This document shows, piece by piece, positions 36,625-49,675 of a stretch of DNA of 64,000 nucleotides (position 1 is the stretch's first letter; the number at the start of each line of letters is the position of its first letter). Origin of the DNA: Squalus acanthias (Eukaryota). A program made the translations under genes and the position numbers. The notes beneath the pieces were generated by a model. It did not search any database. It had not been told where the DNA came from and saw only the letters and a list, made by a program, of their open reading frames with translations. Location of the stretch: NCBI GenBank assembly GCA_030390025.1, contig JASTWF010000069.1, positions 310,001-374,000 on the forward strand, in the 5' to 3' direction.

Positions 36625-38292
36625 GTGTCCAAGACTGTCACTGACCTCATCTCCTCTGGAGATCTTCCCCCCACGGCCGCCAACCTCATAGTTCCCCAAC
36701 CCCGCACAGCCCGCTTCTACCTCCTTCCCAAGATCCACAAACAGGACTGCCCCGGTAGACCCATCGTTTCAGCCTGTTCTTGCCCCACGGAACTTATCTC
36801 TTCCTATCTCGACTCTATTTTTTCTCCCCTTGTCCAGTCTCTTCCCACCTACATCCGCGACTCTTCCGATGCCCTCCGCCATTTTAACAGTTTCCAGTTT
36901 CCCGGCCCCAACCGTCTCCTCTTCACTATGGACGTACAATCCCTCTACACCTCCATTCCCCACCAGGATGGCCTGAGGGCGCTCCGCTTCTTCCTTGAAC
37001 AGAGGCCCAACCAGTCCCCATCCACCACCACCCTCCTCCGCCTGGCTGAACTTGTTCTCACATTGAACAACTTCTCCTTTGACTCTACCCATTTCCTCCA
37101 AATTAAAGGTGTTGCTATGGGTACCCGCATGGGTCCTAGCTATGCCTGCCTTTTCGTGGGATATGTGGAACACTCTTTGTTCCAGTCCTACTCGGGTCCC
37201 CTCCCTCACCTCTTTTTCCGGTACATTGATGACTGTATCGGTGCCATCTCCTGCTCTCGCCCTGAACTAGAACATTTCATTCACTATGCTTCCAATTTCC
37301 ACCCTTCCCTCACCTTCACATGGTCCATCTCCGACTCTTCTCTTCCCTTCCTCGACTTCTCCATCTCCATCTCTGGGGATAGGTTATTGACTAACATTCA
37401 CTACAAGCCCACCGACTCCCACAGCTACCTGGACTACACTTCCTCCCACCCCGCCTCCTGTAAGGACTCTATTCCATTCTCCCAGTTTCTCCGTCTCCGC
37501 CGCATCTGCTCTGATGATGCCATCTTCCATACCAGTGCTTCCGACATGTCTTCCTTTTTCCTCAACCGAGGATTCCCCTCTACCGTGGTCGACACGGCCC
37601 TCGACCGTGTCCGTTCTATCTCCCGCACATCTGCCCTCACCCCTGCCCCTCCCTCCCGGAACCACGATAGGGTTCCCCTTGTCCTCACCTTTCACCCCAC
37701 CAGCCTCCACATTCAACGGATCATCCTCCGCCATTTCCGCCACCTCCAGCGTGATCCCACCACCAAACACATCTTCCCCTCACCTCCCCTTTCAGCATTC
37801 CGCAGGGACCGCTCCCTCCGCGACACCCTAGTCCACTCCTCTACCACCCCCAGCACCCCTTCCCCTTCGCCCGGCACCTTCCCGTGCACGCGCAGGAGAT
37901 GCAACACATGCCCTTATACCTCCCCTCTTCCCACTGTCCAGGGCCCCAAACACCCCTTCCAGGTGAAACAGCGATTTACTTGTACTTCCTGCAATTTAGT
38001 ATACTGTATTCGCTGCTCACGATGTGGACTCCTCTACATTGGGGAGACCAAACGCAGATTGGGTGACCGCTTTGCGGAACACCTCCGTTCAGTCCGTAAG
38101 GGGGACCCCGAGCTCCCGGTGGCCTGTCACTTTAATTCACCGCTTCACTCCCACTCTGACCTCACCGTCCTCGGCCTAATACACTGTTCCACGGAAGCTC
38201 AGCGTAAGCTCGAGGAACAGCACCTCATCTTTCGTTTAGGCACGCTACAGCCCTCTGGACTCAATATCGAGTTCAACAATTTTAGATCATAA
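36625..38292 (+). CDS. Penelope-like RT + GIY-YIG endonuclease (frame open from about 36517)
   Basis: 555-aa uninterrupted ORF; FYLLPKIHK, GVAMG, RYIDD. Confidence 0.92.
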   Translation: MSKTVTDLISSGDLPPTAANLIVPQPRTARFYLLPKIHKQDCPGRPIVSACSCPTELISSYLDSIFSPLVQSLPTYIRDSSDALRHFNSFQFPGPNRLLFTMDVQSLYTSIPHQDGLRALRFFLEQRPNQSPSTTTLLRLAELVLTLNNFSFDSTHFLQIKGVAMGTRMGPSYACLFVGYVEHSLFQSYSGPLPHLFFRYIDDCIGAISCSRPELEHFIHYASNFHPSLTFTWSISDSSLPFLDFSISISGDRLLTNIHYKPTDSHSYLDYTSSHPASCKDSIPFSQFLRLRRICSDDAIFHTSASDMSSFFLNRGFPSTVVDTALDRVRSISRTSALTPAPPSRNHDRVPLVLTFHPTSLHIQRIILRHFRHLQRDPTTKHIFPSPPLSAFRRDRSLRDTLVHSSTTPSTPSPSPGTFPCTRRRCNTCPYTSPLPTVQGPKHPFQVKQRFTCTSCNLVYCIRCSRCGLLYIGETKRRLGDRFAEHLRSVRKGDPELPVACHFNSPLHSHSDLTVLGLIHCSTEAQRKLEEQHLIFRLGTLQPSGLNIEFNNFRS

Positions 38293-38567
38293 CCTCAGCT
38301 CCAATCACATTTATATTTTATTTTATCCACCCTTTTATTTGTCCCCCCCACCTTTTTTTCCTCCTAGAAGCTGGCAGCTGTCCTTCATTCTGCCAGTAGA
38401 TTTCACACTTCATTCAGCCTTAATCTGTCACATTAACACCACCTCTAGCCTTGCATATCTCTTAATGTCTCTTAATGTCTCTTCATCTCCTCCTTTGTTC
38501 CTTTATCCCCTCCCCCTTTTCCCAGCTTTACCCTGGCCTTAAATCTATTTGATTTCCAGCTCTTCCC

Positions 38568-38604
38568 AGTTCTGATGAAAGGTCATCGACCTGAAACGTC
38601 AACT
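38568..38604 (+). ncRNA. Minimal hammerhead ribozyme motif (family 2)
   Basis: AGTT-CTGATGA-A-AGGTC(ATC)GACCT-GAAA-CGTC-AACT with a GUC triplet. Confidence 0.75.
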
Positions 38605-39185
38605 CTCTTTCTCTCTCCACGGATGCTGCCTGGCCTGCTGAGTTTTTCCAGCGTTTTCTGTTGTTATTTCGGATTTCCAGCATCTGCAGTATTTTGCTAT
38701 CGTAGTACTGAGGGAGTGCCGCACTGTCGGAGGGGCAGTACTGAGGGAGCGCCGCACTGTCGGAGGGGCAGTACTGAGGGAGCGCCGCACTGTCGGAGGG
38801 GCAGTACTGAGGGAGCGCCGCACTGTCGGAGGGGCAGTACTGAGGGAGCGCCGCACTGTCGGAGGGGCAGTACTGAGGGAGCGCCGCACTGTCGGAGGGG
38901 CAGTACTGAGGGAGCGCCGCACTGTCGGAGGGGCAGTACTGAGGGAGCGCCGCACTGTCGGAGGGGCAGTACTGAGGGAGCGCCGCACTGTCGGAGGGTC
39001 AGTACTGAGGGAGCGCCGCACTGTCGGAGGGGCAGTACTGAGGGAGCGCCCCACTGTCGGAGGGGCAGTACTGAGGGAGCGCCGCACTGTCGGAGGGGCG
39101 GTACTGAGGGAGCGCCGCACTGTCGGAGGGGCGGTACTGAGGGAGTGCCGCACTGTCGGAGGGGCAGCAGTGAGGGAGCGCCGCA

Positions 39186-41715
39186 CTGTCGGAGGTGCCG
39201 TCTTTCGGATGAAACGTTAAACCGAGGCCCCTCAGGTGGACGGCCATCATTTCAAAGAAGAGCAGGGGAGTTCTCCCCGGTGTCCTCAGGCCAATATTTA
39301 TCCTTCAAGCAACATCCAAAACAGATTAACTGGTCATTTATCTCAGTGCTGTTTGTGGGATCTTGCTGTGTGTAAAGTGAGAAAACTGAAAATGGGAATT
39401 ACCTTTCCGAGATACATTGGACTGTTGGTTGGGGGTCTCTCCTCGTGTTGCTATGATTTGGGTCATGTTTGACTGTCCGTGTGGCCTCTAGACACACTGC
39501 TTCTGATTGCAAGCATTCTCCAGGATCAACTCGACCTTCCTCATCATTGCGATTGAGTTTACTTCAGTGTCCCTTGAGAAAGTGTTGGCGGGCCTTCTTC
39601 TTGAACCGCCACCATCCCGTGTGGTGAAGGTGCTCCCGCGGCGCCGTTAGGTCGGGAGTTGGTGGATTTTGAACCGGCGACGATGACGGAACGGCCGATA
39701 TATCTCCAAGTCGGGGACGGTGAGTGTGTGACTCGGAGGGGGAACTTGGAGGCGATGGTGTTCCCATGCGCCGGCTGTCCTTGTCCTTCTAGGAGTGGTG
39801 CTGGAGGGGACGTGTCTGGGAGGTTTTGTCGAAGAATGTGGCACTGGGCACAGAAGAGAAAGAAGACTTGTTATCCTCCTTGTCCTGTCACCCTCCTCCA
39901 GGAAGCCTCAATCCCAGCCAATAAACTCATTCTTTCCCCAAAAAAGCCTTCTTTAGAGTAAATCCAACTCCTTCTCCCATCTCATTAAACATTTCCCCCC
40001 CAACAGCTCCTTCTCTGGGCTTCCTGAATGTGTTTTTCCCCCAATAGACTGAGCTTTCTGAAGTTGGCCATTGAGTTTGACCTTTCACCTCCCAGCCCAC
40101 TTTCCAATTTAAACACTTTTTTCTGCCAACGGTTTCTGCTCGCGCCAGTCGCGGGCCGGGAGGCAGCCGGCCAATCAGGTGCCGGGGATCGCTGTCACTC
40201 ACCGTCCGCTCTGGCCCCGCCCCCTCTACGCTGGCTGATCCACTAGGGGCGGGGTCACAGTAGGCGGTGCGGCCCGCTGAGTGACAGCGCTCTCCTGCCC
40301 CTGATTGGCTGGCTGCCACCCGGCCCGCGACGGCGCGAGCAGAAGCCGTTGGGGAAAAAACGGTTCAAATTGGAAAGTGGGCTGGGAGGTGAAAGGTCAA
40401 ACTCAATGGCCAACTTCAGAAAGCTCAGTCTATTAGGGGAAAAACACATTCAGGAAGCCCAGAGAAGGAGCTGTTGGGGGGGAAATGTTTAATGAGATGG
40501 GAGAAGCAGTTGGATTTACTCCAAAGGAAGATTTTTTAGTGAAAGAATGAGTTTATTGGCTGGGATTGAGGCTTCCTGGAGGAGGGTGACAGGACAAGGA
40601 GGATAACAAGTCTTCTTTCTCTTCTGTGCCCAGTGCCACATTCTTCGACAAAACCTCCCAAACACGTCCCCTCCAGCACCACTCCTGGAAGGACAAGGAC
40701 AGCCGGCGCATGGGAACACCATCACCTCCGAGTCACACACATACTCACCGTCCCCGACTTGGAGATATATCGGCCGTTCCATCATAGTCGCCGGTTCAAA
40801 ATCCCGCAACTCCCGACCTAACGGCGCCGCGGGAGCACCTTCACCACACGGGATGGTGGCGGTTCAAGAAGAAGGCCCGCCAACACTTTCTCAAGGGACG
40901 ACGAGGGATGGGCAATAAATGCCGGCCTTGCCAGCGACATCTCGAGAATTATTATTTCAAAAATGTGGCAACTCATTCGTTCCACTGCTTTTACATCCAG
41001 TAGATTGTGCTCCATTATGAAGACCCTTTTTATATGGACGGGTCCTTAGCCTGATGAACAATGCCCTACCAGGAGGGTCCGGCTAGATACGATGGGTGTC
41101 GGGTTGACACTCCGCTCCCATCGGGCACCAGAACCTCGCTGGATGTCAACCCAGTATTCAGAGACTGGAATTCTCGCCTCCGCTCGCCAGGGTAGAGGTA
41201 ACAAGTAGGGATCGGAATAAAGAGGTAAAAAGGTGTCTGGTGAAAAAGCCACAGCCATGAGGAGGTTCAATGTGTCTCAGATACTGGAACAAGCCCAGCA
41301 GCAACCAATGGAGGGTTCAATGTGTCCTGGACATTGAAGTAAACTCAATCGCAATGATGAGGAAGGTCGAGTTGATCCTGGAGAATGCTTGCAATCAGAA
41401 GTCGTGTGTCTAGAGGCCACACGGACAGTCAAACATGATCCAAATCATAGCAACACGAGGAGAGACCCTCAACCAACAGTCCAATGTATCTCGGAAAGGT
41501 AATTCCCATTTTCAGTTTTCTCACTTTACACACAGCAAGGTCCCACAAACAGCACTGAGATAAATGACCAGTTAATCTGTTTTGGATGTTGCTTGAGGGA
41601 TAAATATTGGCCTGAGGACACCGAGGAGAACTCCCCTGCTCTTCTTTGAAATGATGGCCGTCCACCCGAGGGGCCTCGGTTTAATGTCTCATCCGAAAGA
41701 CGGCACCTCCGACAG
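39186..41715. repeat. Core of a large inverted repeat, axis about 40235
   Basis: 39190-39565 mirrors 41335-41715; 39570-40200 mirrors 40275-40895; right arm has about 440 extra bp. Confidence 0.95.
40140..40340. promoter_or_regulatory. CpG-rich promoter-like palindrome centre with mirrored CCAAT and GC boxes
   Basis: CCAAT 40171, ATTGG 40304, CCCCGCCCC 40215, GGGGCGGGG 40246. Confidence 0.55.
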
Positions 41716-42932
41716 TGCGGCACTCCCTCAGTACTGCCCCTCCGACAGTGCAGGCGCTCCCTCAGTACTGCCCCTCCGACAGTGCGGCTCTCCCTCAGTA
41801 CTGCCCCTCCGACAGTGCGGCGCTCCCTCAGTACGGCCCCTCCGACAGTGCGGCGCTCCCTCAGTACTGCCCCTCCGACAGTGCGGCGCTCCCTCAGTAC
41901 TGCCCCTCCGACAGTGCGGCGCTCCCTCAGTACTGCCCCTCCGACAGTGCGGCGCTCCCTCAGTACTGCCCCTCCGACAGTGCGGCGCTCCCTCAGTACT
42001 GACCCTCCGACAGTGCGGCGCTCACTCAGTACCTGCCCCTCCGACAGTGTGGCGCTCCCTCAGTAATGCCCCTCCGACAGTGCGGCCCTGCCTCAGTACT
42101 GCCCCTCCGACAGTGCGGCGCTCCCTCAGTCCTGCCCCTCCGACAGTGCGGCGCTCCCTCAGTCCTGCCCCTCCGACAGTGCGGCGCTCCCTCAGTACTG
42201 CCCCTCCGACAGTGCGGCGCTCCCTCAGTCCTGCCCCTCCCACAGTGCGGTGCTCCCTCAGTACTACCCTTCCGACAGTGCGGCGCTCCCTCAGTACTGC
42301 CCCTCCGACAGTGCGGCGCTCCCTCAGTACCTGCCCCTCCGACAGTGCGGCGCTCCCTCAGTCCTGCCCCTCCGACAGTGCGGCGCTCCCTCAGTACTGC
42401 CTCTCCGACAGTGCGGCGCTCCCTCAGTACTGCCCCTCCGACAGTGCGGTGCTCCCTCAGTCCTGCCCCTCCGACAGTGCGGCGCTCCCTCAGTACCGCC
42501 TCTCCGACAGTGCGGCACTCCCTCAATCCTACCCCTCCAACAGTGCGGCGCTCCCTCAGTACTGCCCCTCCGACAGTGCGGCGCTCCCTCAGTACTGCCC
42601 CTCCCACAATGCGGCACTCCCTCAGTACTGCCCCTCCCACAGTGTGGTGCTACCTCAGTACTGACCCTCCCACAGTGCGGTGCTCCCTCAGTACTGACCC
42701 TCCCACAGTGCGGCACTCCCTCAGTACTGCCCTTCCCACAGTGCGGCACTCCCTCAGTACTGCCCCTCCCACAGTGCGGTGCTCCCTCAGTACTGACCCT
42801 CCGACAGTGCGGCGCTCCCTCAGTACTGCCCCTCCGACAGTGCGGTGCTCCCTCAGTACTGACCCTCCCACAGTGCGGCGCTCTCTCAGTACTGCCCCTC
42901 CGACAGTGCGGCGCTCCCTCAGTACTGCCCCC
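41705..42932. repeat. 33-bp minisatellite, about 37 units
   Basis: Direct inspection. Confidence 0.97.
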
Positions 42933-42934
42933 CA

Positions 42935-44462
42935 CCCACAGGATTGTCTGTTTGATGTAGTCTACATAGATTTCAGCAAGGCTTTTGACAAGGTCCCACA
43001 TGACAGTCTGAGCAGAAAAGTAAAAGCTCATGGGATCTAAGGGAAAGTTGGATCCAAAATTGGCTCAGTGGCAGGAAGCAAAGGGTAATGGCCGACAGGA
43101 GTTTTTGTGATTGGTAGGCTGTTTCCTGTGGGATTCTGTACTAAGTCCCTTGCATTTTGTGGTTTATATCAATAATTTAGACTTCAATGTAGGGGGCATG
43201 ATTAAAATTTTGCGGATCATCTAAAAATTGGCCGTGTGGTTGACAGTGAGGAAGAAAGCTGTGGACTACAGGAAGATATCAATGGACTGGTCAGGTGGGC
43301 AGAGAAGTGGCAAATGGAATTCAAACTGGAGAAGTGTGAGGTAATGCATTTGTGGAGGGCTAACAAGGCAAGGGAATACACAATAAATAGTAGGATACTG
43401 AAACTTGTAGAGGAACAGAGGCTCCTTGGAGTGCATGTCCACAGATCCCTGGAGGTAACAGGACAGGTAGATAAGGCGGTTAAGAAGGCATACGGGATAC
43501 TTTCCTTTATTAGCCGAGGCATAGAATATAAGAGCAGGGAGGTTATGCTTGAACTGTATAAAACACGAGTTAGGCCACACCTAGAGTACTGTGTACAGTT
43601 CTGGTCACCACATTGCAGTAAAGACGTGATTGCACTGGAGAGGGTACAGAGGAGATTTACGAGGATGTTGCCAAGACTAGAGAATTTCTGCTATGAGGAA
43701 AGATTGGATAGGCTGGGGTTGTTTTCTTTGGAACAGAGGAGGCTGAGGGGAGATTTAATTGAGGTGTATAAAATGATGAGGGGCTTAGATAGAGTGGATA
43801 GGAAGGACCTATTTCCCCTAGCAGAGAGGTCAACAACCAGGGAGCAGAGATTTAAAGTAATTGGTAGAAGGATTAGAGGGGAGTTGAGAACTTTTTTCAC
43901 CCAGAGGGTGGTGGGGGTCTGGAACTCACTGCCTGAAAGGGTGGTAGAGGCAGAAACCCTCATCGCATTTAAAAACTTCTTGGCTATGCACTTGAAGTGC
44001 CGTAACCTACAGGGCCATGGACCAAGAGCTGGAAAGTAGGATTAGACTGGATAGCTCATTCGGCCGGCACAGACACGGTGAGTCGAATGGCCTCCTTCTG
44101 TGCTGTAAATTTCTCTGATTCTATTCTATGATTCAGTCTGTCTCGCTCTCGATCCTCCTGAAGTCTGTTCCTGCCCCATCTCGCTGTCTTATTACATTTC
44201 AGAGTTCCGTGTCATCTGCAAACTTTGAAATGATGACTTGTATACCCAAGACCAGGTCATTAATATACATCAAAAGAGCAGTGGTCCCAACAGCAAGCCC
44301 TTGGACACCACTGTATACCTCCCTCCAGTCTGAAAAACAACCGTTCACCGTTACTCTGCTTTCGGTCCTTAAACAAAGCAAGACTGTACATCCACTCGTA
44401 TAAACAGGGGCTTCCCTTTAATCACAGGTTCAAAATGTACATATAGAAAAGTGACATTCCAG
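42935..44462. repeat. Inverted paralog of 22689-24222 (includes CR1)
   Basis: Same ORFs on opposite strands (44128-44403 + versus 22747-23022 -). Confidence 0.95.
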
Positions 44463-45192
44463 TATACAGGAGAGAGAAAGACAGACACATTATATACATT
44501 TATTTATTTACACAAAGGGCCTGAATTTGCGGGGAAATGCCTCTGAACCCGAATAAAATCCGCGCCTGCCTGGTTCCTCGGGATCCACGTAGACTCGCCT
44601 TCCTGGGCCTCAACGTGTATGCTGGCCCAACCAGGCTTTTTACCAGCACAGGAATTTCATGGGCATTCGCTGGGCAGTAGTTGGGAAAATAGCCCACGTC
44701 TCCAACCGCGAATGCCCTTTTCCCGGGAATGGCTCCGATCGGTCAAAAGGATTCTTGACAGATTGCAAATTCCGGGTTTTCGCGCGTGCGCTTCACGCAT
44801 GAAAACCCGGAACTTGCAGGACACTTACGGAATACGGGCCGAATATATATATATATATATATTGGTCGTTAAGGCAGTATCAGTCGTGTCAAGACATATG
44901 TAAAATATTTTTAACATGAATTGTGTGGATAAAACAGTGAGAGATGAGGAACTGTAGAGCAGAGAGAATTGGGAGTCCAAGGTTCACGAATCATTAAGAG
45001 CCAGTGGCCAGGTACAGGTCCATGGGTTTATAAATAGAGGCCTCTGTCTCTGCTGTGTCCATCCACTGACAAATATAAAGACCGGCTGCTGTTTAATCAC
45101 TGCTTGGATTGTAAAATTCATATAGAAAAGCAATATTCAAATATAAATGCATAATTTTTTGCTGTAGACAGTTTCAATCTGTAAAACATCTA

Positions 45193-45800
45193 GGGGGAAA
45201 AATTCGGTATCGCCCATTTTGGGGCGCCCATATCGGCCGGGCGCAAAGTTTAGCGCCCGGTGCTAATAATCACCTCCGACTGCAAAATTCGCCTCCATCG
45301 CCCCTGGAGGTGATTTGAGCGCTAAATCAGGCACTATACACCTCTCAAGGCGCAAACGTCAGGGAGCGAGGCGCTACCTCAGAACGCTACTGAAGCTCAG
45401 GCGATGTCCGTTACCATAGAAGCCAGACTGGCGCCGTCCAGTTCTTAAAGGGAAGGGGCCATCTTGCTGGCCAGCCACTCCCTGCTCATTGCAGCCTTGA
45501 ATCTCGGCCTGGAGAGACCTCAAAAGCAATTGTGTTGGAAGCACTAATGGATAGGCCCAGGGAAAGAGCTCGGCGCTTAGGAACCTCAAAAGTGGTGCTG
45601 AGGGCCAAAACTCCTCAGGACAGCGTTCAAACCAAAAATTTTGCAGACAAGAAAAGGCAGGAAGCGCCCGCCTTTAAATAGCGCTCCCCCAGCCCCTTCC
45701 CAACTTGAAAACGTTCCCCTCTACCTGTCGTTCCTAGCGGCAGGCGCGAAGGCAGGGGGCACGACTCAATATCCGGTCTGAGGCACTACTGGGGCGTTGC
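45193..45800. mobile_element. Truncated copy of the 29368-30058 MITE
   Basis: Same left TIR and internal sequence. Confidence 0.8.
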
Positions 45801-45991
45801 CTGGGTCAGGGAGGGGCAGAGCAGCCCGGTATTGTGGTAATCATAGAATAGCACAGCACAGAAGGACGCCATTCTATCGAGTGACTCCTGGAGGAAAGTC
45901 TCAGCTCAGGATTGGGATCAGCAGTCACTTCCCCCTCTGACCAGCACAGTCTCAGAGGAGATAAGCTCCCAATGGAAGTGTTGCCCCTTTA

Positions 45992-46645
45992 CTTATGGAA
46001 AGACATCCTTGCTCTCGAGGCAGTGCAAAAAAGGTTCACTCGGTTAATCCCGGGGATGAGGGGGTGGTCATATGAGGAGAGGTTGGGTAGATTGGGACTC
46101 TACTCATTGGAGTTCAGAAGAATGAGAGGCGATCTTATTGAAACATATAACATTGTGAAGGGGTTGGATCGGGTGGATGCGGGGAGGATGTTCCCGATGA
46201 CGGGTGAGACTAGAACTAGGGGACATAGTCTTAGAATAAGGGGCTGCTCTTTCAAAACTGAGATGAGGAGGAACTACTTCACTCAGAGGGTGGTAGGTCC
46301 ATGGAATATGCTGCCACAAAAAGCTGTAGAAGCTACATCATTAAATAAATTTAAAACAGAAATAGACAGTTTCCTAGAAGTAAAGGGCATTAAGGGTTAC
46401 GGGGAGCGGGCAGGAATTTGGACATGAGTCTAGGTTCGGATCGGTCATGGCCCTGTGGGTAGTGGAGCGGGCCCAGGGACCGTGTAGCCTGATTCTGCTC
46501 CTATTTCGTGTGTGCAATTCTATTAGATGCAGGAGATGGTTCTGTGATAGATAGTAGATTGGCGGTTAGGATCAGATCAGCCATGATCTTATTGAATGGC
46601 TCCAGGGGCCGATTGGCCTACTCCTGCTCCTATTTCTTCTTTTTT
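45992..46645 (+). mobile_element. CR1 LINE 3' fragment(s)
   Basis: KDILALEAVQKRFTRLIPG...RRMRGDLIE. Confidence 0.9.
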
Positions 46646-47028
46646 CTTCTTACAAAAAAAAAACTGTCCGATTGGTATTACACAATCTACTGGATGTAAA
46701 AGCAGTGGAACGAATGAGTAGCCACATTTTTGAAATAATATTTACTGTGTCCAAGCTCAGTCAGCGCTGGACAGCCAGATTCCCCAGAAGGTTTTGTTTT
46801 CCAGCCGCTCCATTCTGATGCTCAGCTGCTGTTGTCACAGGGCCCCGTGCTTCATCCGAACAAGGCACGTTTGTCAAAGGGCCGCCATTAGATGCTGCTT
46901 CTGGATTGCTGGAGTCTCTATTTTGTTTCCTAGGAGAGAGAAACCAGCAGAGTGCAGGTTACGTTAAAAGGATCCAACACTTTGGACAAGTGTGTAAAGG
47001 AGCCGTTCAGGAGCACAGACCGATTAAA

Positions 47029-47168
47029 TTACACAACATCCTGGGCACCACTGGTAGCTGGAAAATGTGTCACAGGAGCTGCACATTGATGGAGCAGAGT
47101 GTAGAGGAGAGGAGGTTTATAGGGGAGGCAATGGGCAGGAGCTGTACACTCCACAGGACCCGTGCTGC
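47029..47168 (-). other. Third copy of the cytoplasmic exon (untranslated in gene B if the TM stop is used)
   Basis: Reverse complement of 22192-22331 with one visible change. Confidence 0.6.
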
Positions 47169-47235
47169 CTGAGGCACCAGAGAAATAGAAAAATGACAGC
47201 CAGCCTCAATTTTGGAGATTAAGGAGAATTGATGA

Positions 47236-48482
47236 GAACATAAGAAATAGGATCAGGAGTCGGCCATTCCACCCCTCGAGCCTGCCCCACCATTCAATAA
47301 GATCATGGCTGAACTGATCTAGGCCGCAACGCCACTTTCCCGCCCGCTCCCCATAACCCTTGACTCCCCTGTAGCTGAAATATCTGTCTATCTCCACCTT
47401 GAATATATTCAATGACCCAGCCTCCACAGCTCTCTGGGGTAGAGAATTCCAAAGATTCACGACCCTCAGAAGAAATTCCTCCTCATCTCCGTTTTAAATG
47501 GGCGACCCCTTATCCGGAAACTGTGTCCTCAAATTCTAGATAGCCCCATGAGGGGAAAAATCCTCTTTGCATCTTCCCGGTCGAGCCCCCTCAGAATCTT
47601 ATGTTTCAATAAGATCACCTCTCATTCTTCTAAACTCCAATGAGTATAGACCCAACCTGCTCAACCTTTCTTCATAAGACAACCCCTTCATCCCAGGAAT
47701 CAACCTAGTGAACCTTCTCTGAACTGCCTCCAATGCAAGTATATCCCTATCCCTCCTTAAATAAGGAGACCAAAACTGTACGCAGTACTCCAGGTGTGGT
47801 CTCACCAGCGCCCTGTACAGTTGTAGCAAGACTTCCCTACTTTTATACTCCATCCCCCTTGCAATAAAGGCCAACATTCCATTTGCCTTCCTAATTACTT
47901 GCTGTACCTGCATGCTAACTTTGTGTTTCATGTATGAGGACCTCCAGATCCCTCTGTACCGCAGCATTATGTAGTCTCTCTCCATTTAAATAATAATTTG
48001 CTTTTTTATTTTTCCTACCAAAGTGGATAACCTCACATTTTCCCACATTATACTCCATCTGCCAAATTTTTGCCCACTTAACCTATCCATATCCCTTTGC
48101 AGACTCTGTGTCCTCCTCACAACTTGTGTTCCCACCTATCTTTGTATCATCAGCAAATTTGGCTACATTACACACGGTCCCTTCATCCAAGTCATTAATA
48201 TAGGTTGTAAATATTTGAGGCCCCAGCACTGATCCCTGTGGCACCCCACTAGTTACAGTTTGCCAACCAGAAAATGACCCATTTATCCCAACTCTCTCTT
48301 TTCTGTTAGTTAGCCAATCCTCTATCCATGCTAATATATTACCCCCAACCCCGTGAGCTCTTATCTTGTGCAGTAACCTTTTATGTGGCACCTTATCGAA
48401 TACCTTCTGGAAATCCAAATACACTACATCTACTGGTTCGCCTTTATCCACCCTGCTCGTTACATCAAAGAACTCTAGTAAA
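47236..48482 (-). mobile_element. CR1 LINE insertion specific to cassette copy 3
   Basis: YLDFQKVFDKVPH, SGVPQGSVLGP, FADDTK; absent from copies 1 and 2. Confidence 0.9.
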
Positions 48483-49675
48483 TGAGTAAAAGATGATGGG
48501 GATCAGATCAGACAGGAGGATGTTGGGCATGTCCGTACTCTCCAGGCTGATCCTGAAGTACTGAGAGCCACAGATGGAGATGGTATTTCTTGATGTGGTC
48601 AAGCCTGTTCTAGCAGTGGCCAAACAGGCTAACGGAGGCAGAAATATCGTGACGGGGAAAGACCAGAGAAGAGTTAGAGATCCCAGCAATAGTTCCTTCT
48701 CCCCACCGGGGGGCAAAGGGGGAAGTGGGGGGTAAGAGGTGGGCAGGGAGAGGTGGATGTTGAGGGAGACAAGGAAATCCAGGATGGCCTTCTCAGTGAT
48801 CGGAATCACTGATGGCCGGGTCAAGGGGGTGGTTTGAAAAATTTAAGCACAAGTGGAGATAGAGCAACAACCTGAATTTATATAGCGCCTTTATCGCCCA
48901 AGGTGCTTCACAGTGGCATTATCAAACAAAATTTGACAGCGAGCCACATAAGGAGATATTAGGGCAGGTGACCAAAAGCTGGGTCAAAGAGGTCAGTTTT
49001 AAGGAGCGTCTTAAAAGGAGAGAGAGAGGCGGAGAGGTTTAAGGAGGGAATTCCAGAGCTTAGGGTCCAGGCAGCTGAAGGCACGGCCGCCAATGGTGGA
49101 GCGATGGAAATCAGGGATGCTCAAGAGGCCAGAATTGGAGGAGTGCAGAGATCTCGAGGGTTGTGGGGCTGGAGGAGGCCACGGAGGGATTTGAACAGGA
49201 GGATGAATGTAGGTCAGTGAACACAGAGGGTGATGGGTGAACGGGACTTGGTGTGAGTTAGGATACAGAAAGGAGAGTTTTGAAATGGTCGAGTTTTGCG
49301 GTAAGGCATGGATGAGGGTTTCAGCAGCAGATGAGCTGAGGTAGGGGCGGAGACGGGCGATGTTACGGAGGTGGAAGTAGGCGCTCTTGGTGATGGAGGA
49401 TATGGGTCGGAAGCTCAGCTCAGGGTCTAATAAGACACCGAGGTTGTGAACTGGTTCAGCCTCAGACAGTGGCCAGGGAGAGGGATGGAGTCGGTGGCTA
49501 GTGAACGGAGCAACAGAGATGACAACAAGCTGGAAGTGACGGGATAATGCTACATTGAAGCATCGCACACAGCTCAAAGTGTATCGCTGCACACAACATC
49601 TTCAAACACAAAGTGTAATCGAACAAAACTAGAATCAACAATGGAAACTGCGGCACATTCTAGAACTCACCACCA

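Larger units (their letters stand above)
36515..38703 (+). mobile_element. Penelope-like retroelement family 2 (Neptune-like), 5' truncated
   Basis: RT + PCTRRRCNTC linker + LVYCIRC...LYIGET; 15-bp TSD AGTACTGAGGGAGTG (36500-36514, 38704-38718). Confidence 0.95.
33128..39195. repeat. One 33-bp minisatellite split into three blocks (33128-33492, 36303-36514, 38704-39195) by insertions
   Basis: Same unit and orientation on each side of each insertion. Confidence 0.9.

Noticed and set aside
40275-40312. MHC-type S-X-Y module
   Set aside because: Y box present, but X-like match is weak and X-Y spacing is about 10 bp short.
44517-44840. Possible additional GGGC-ended MITE
   Set aside because: Terminal inverted repeat too degenerate to call.
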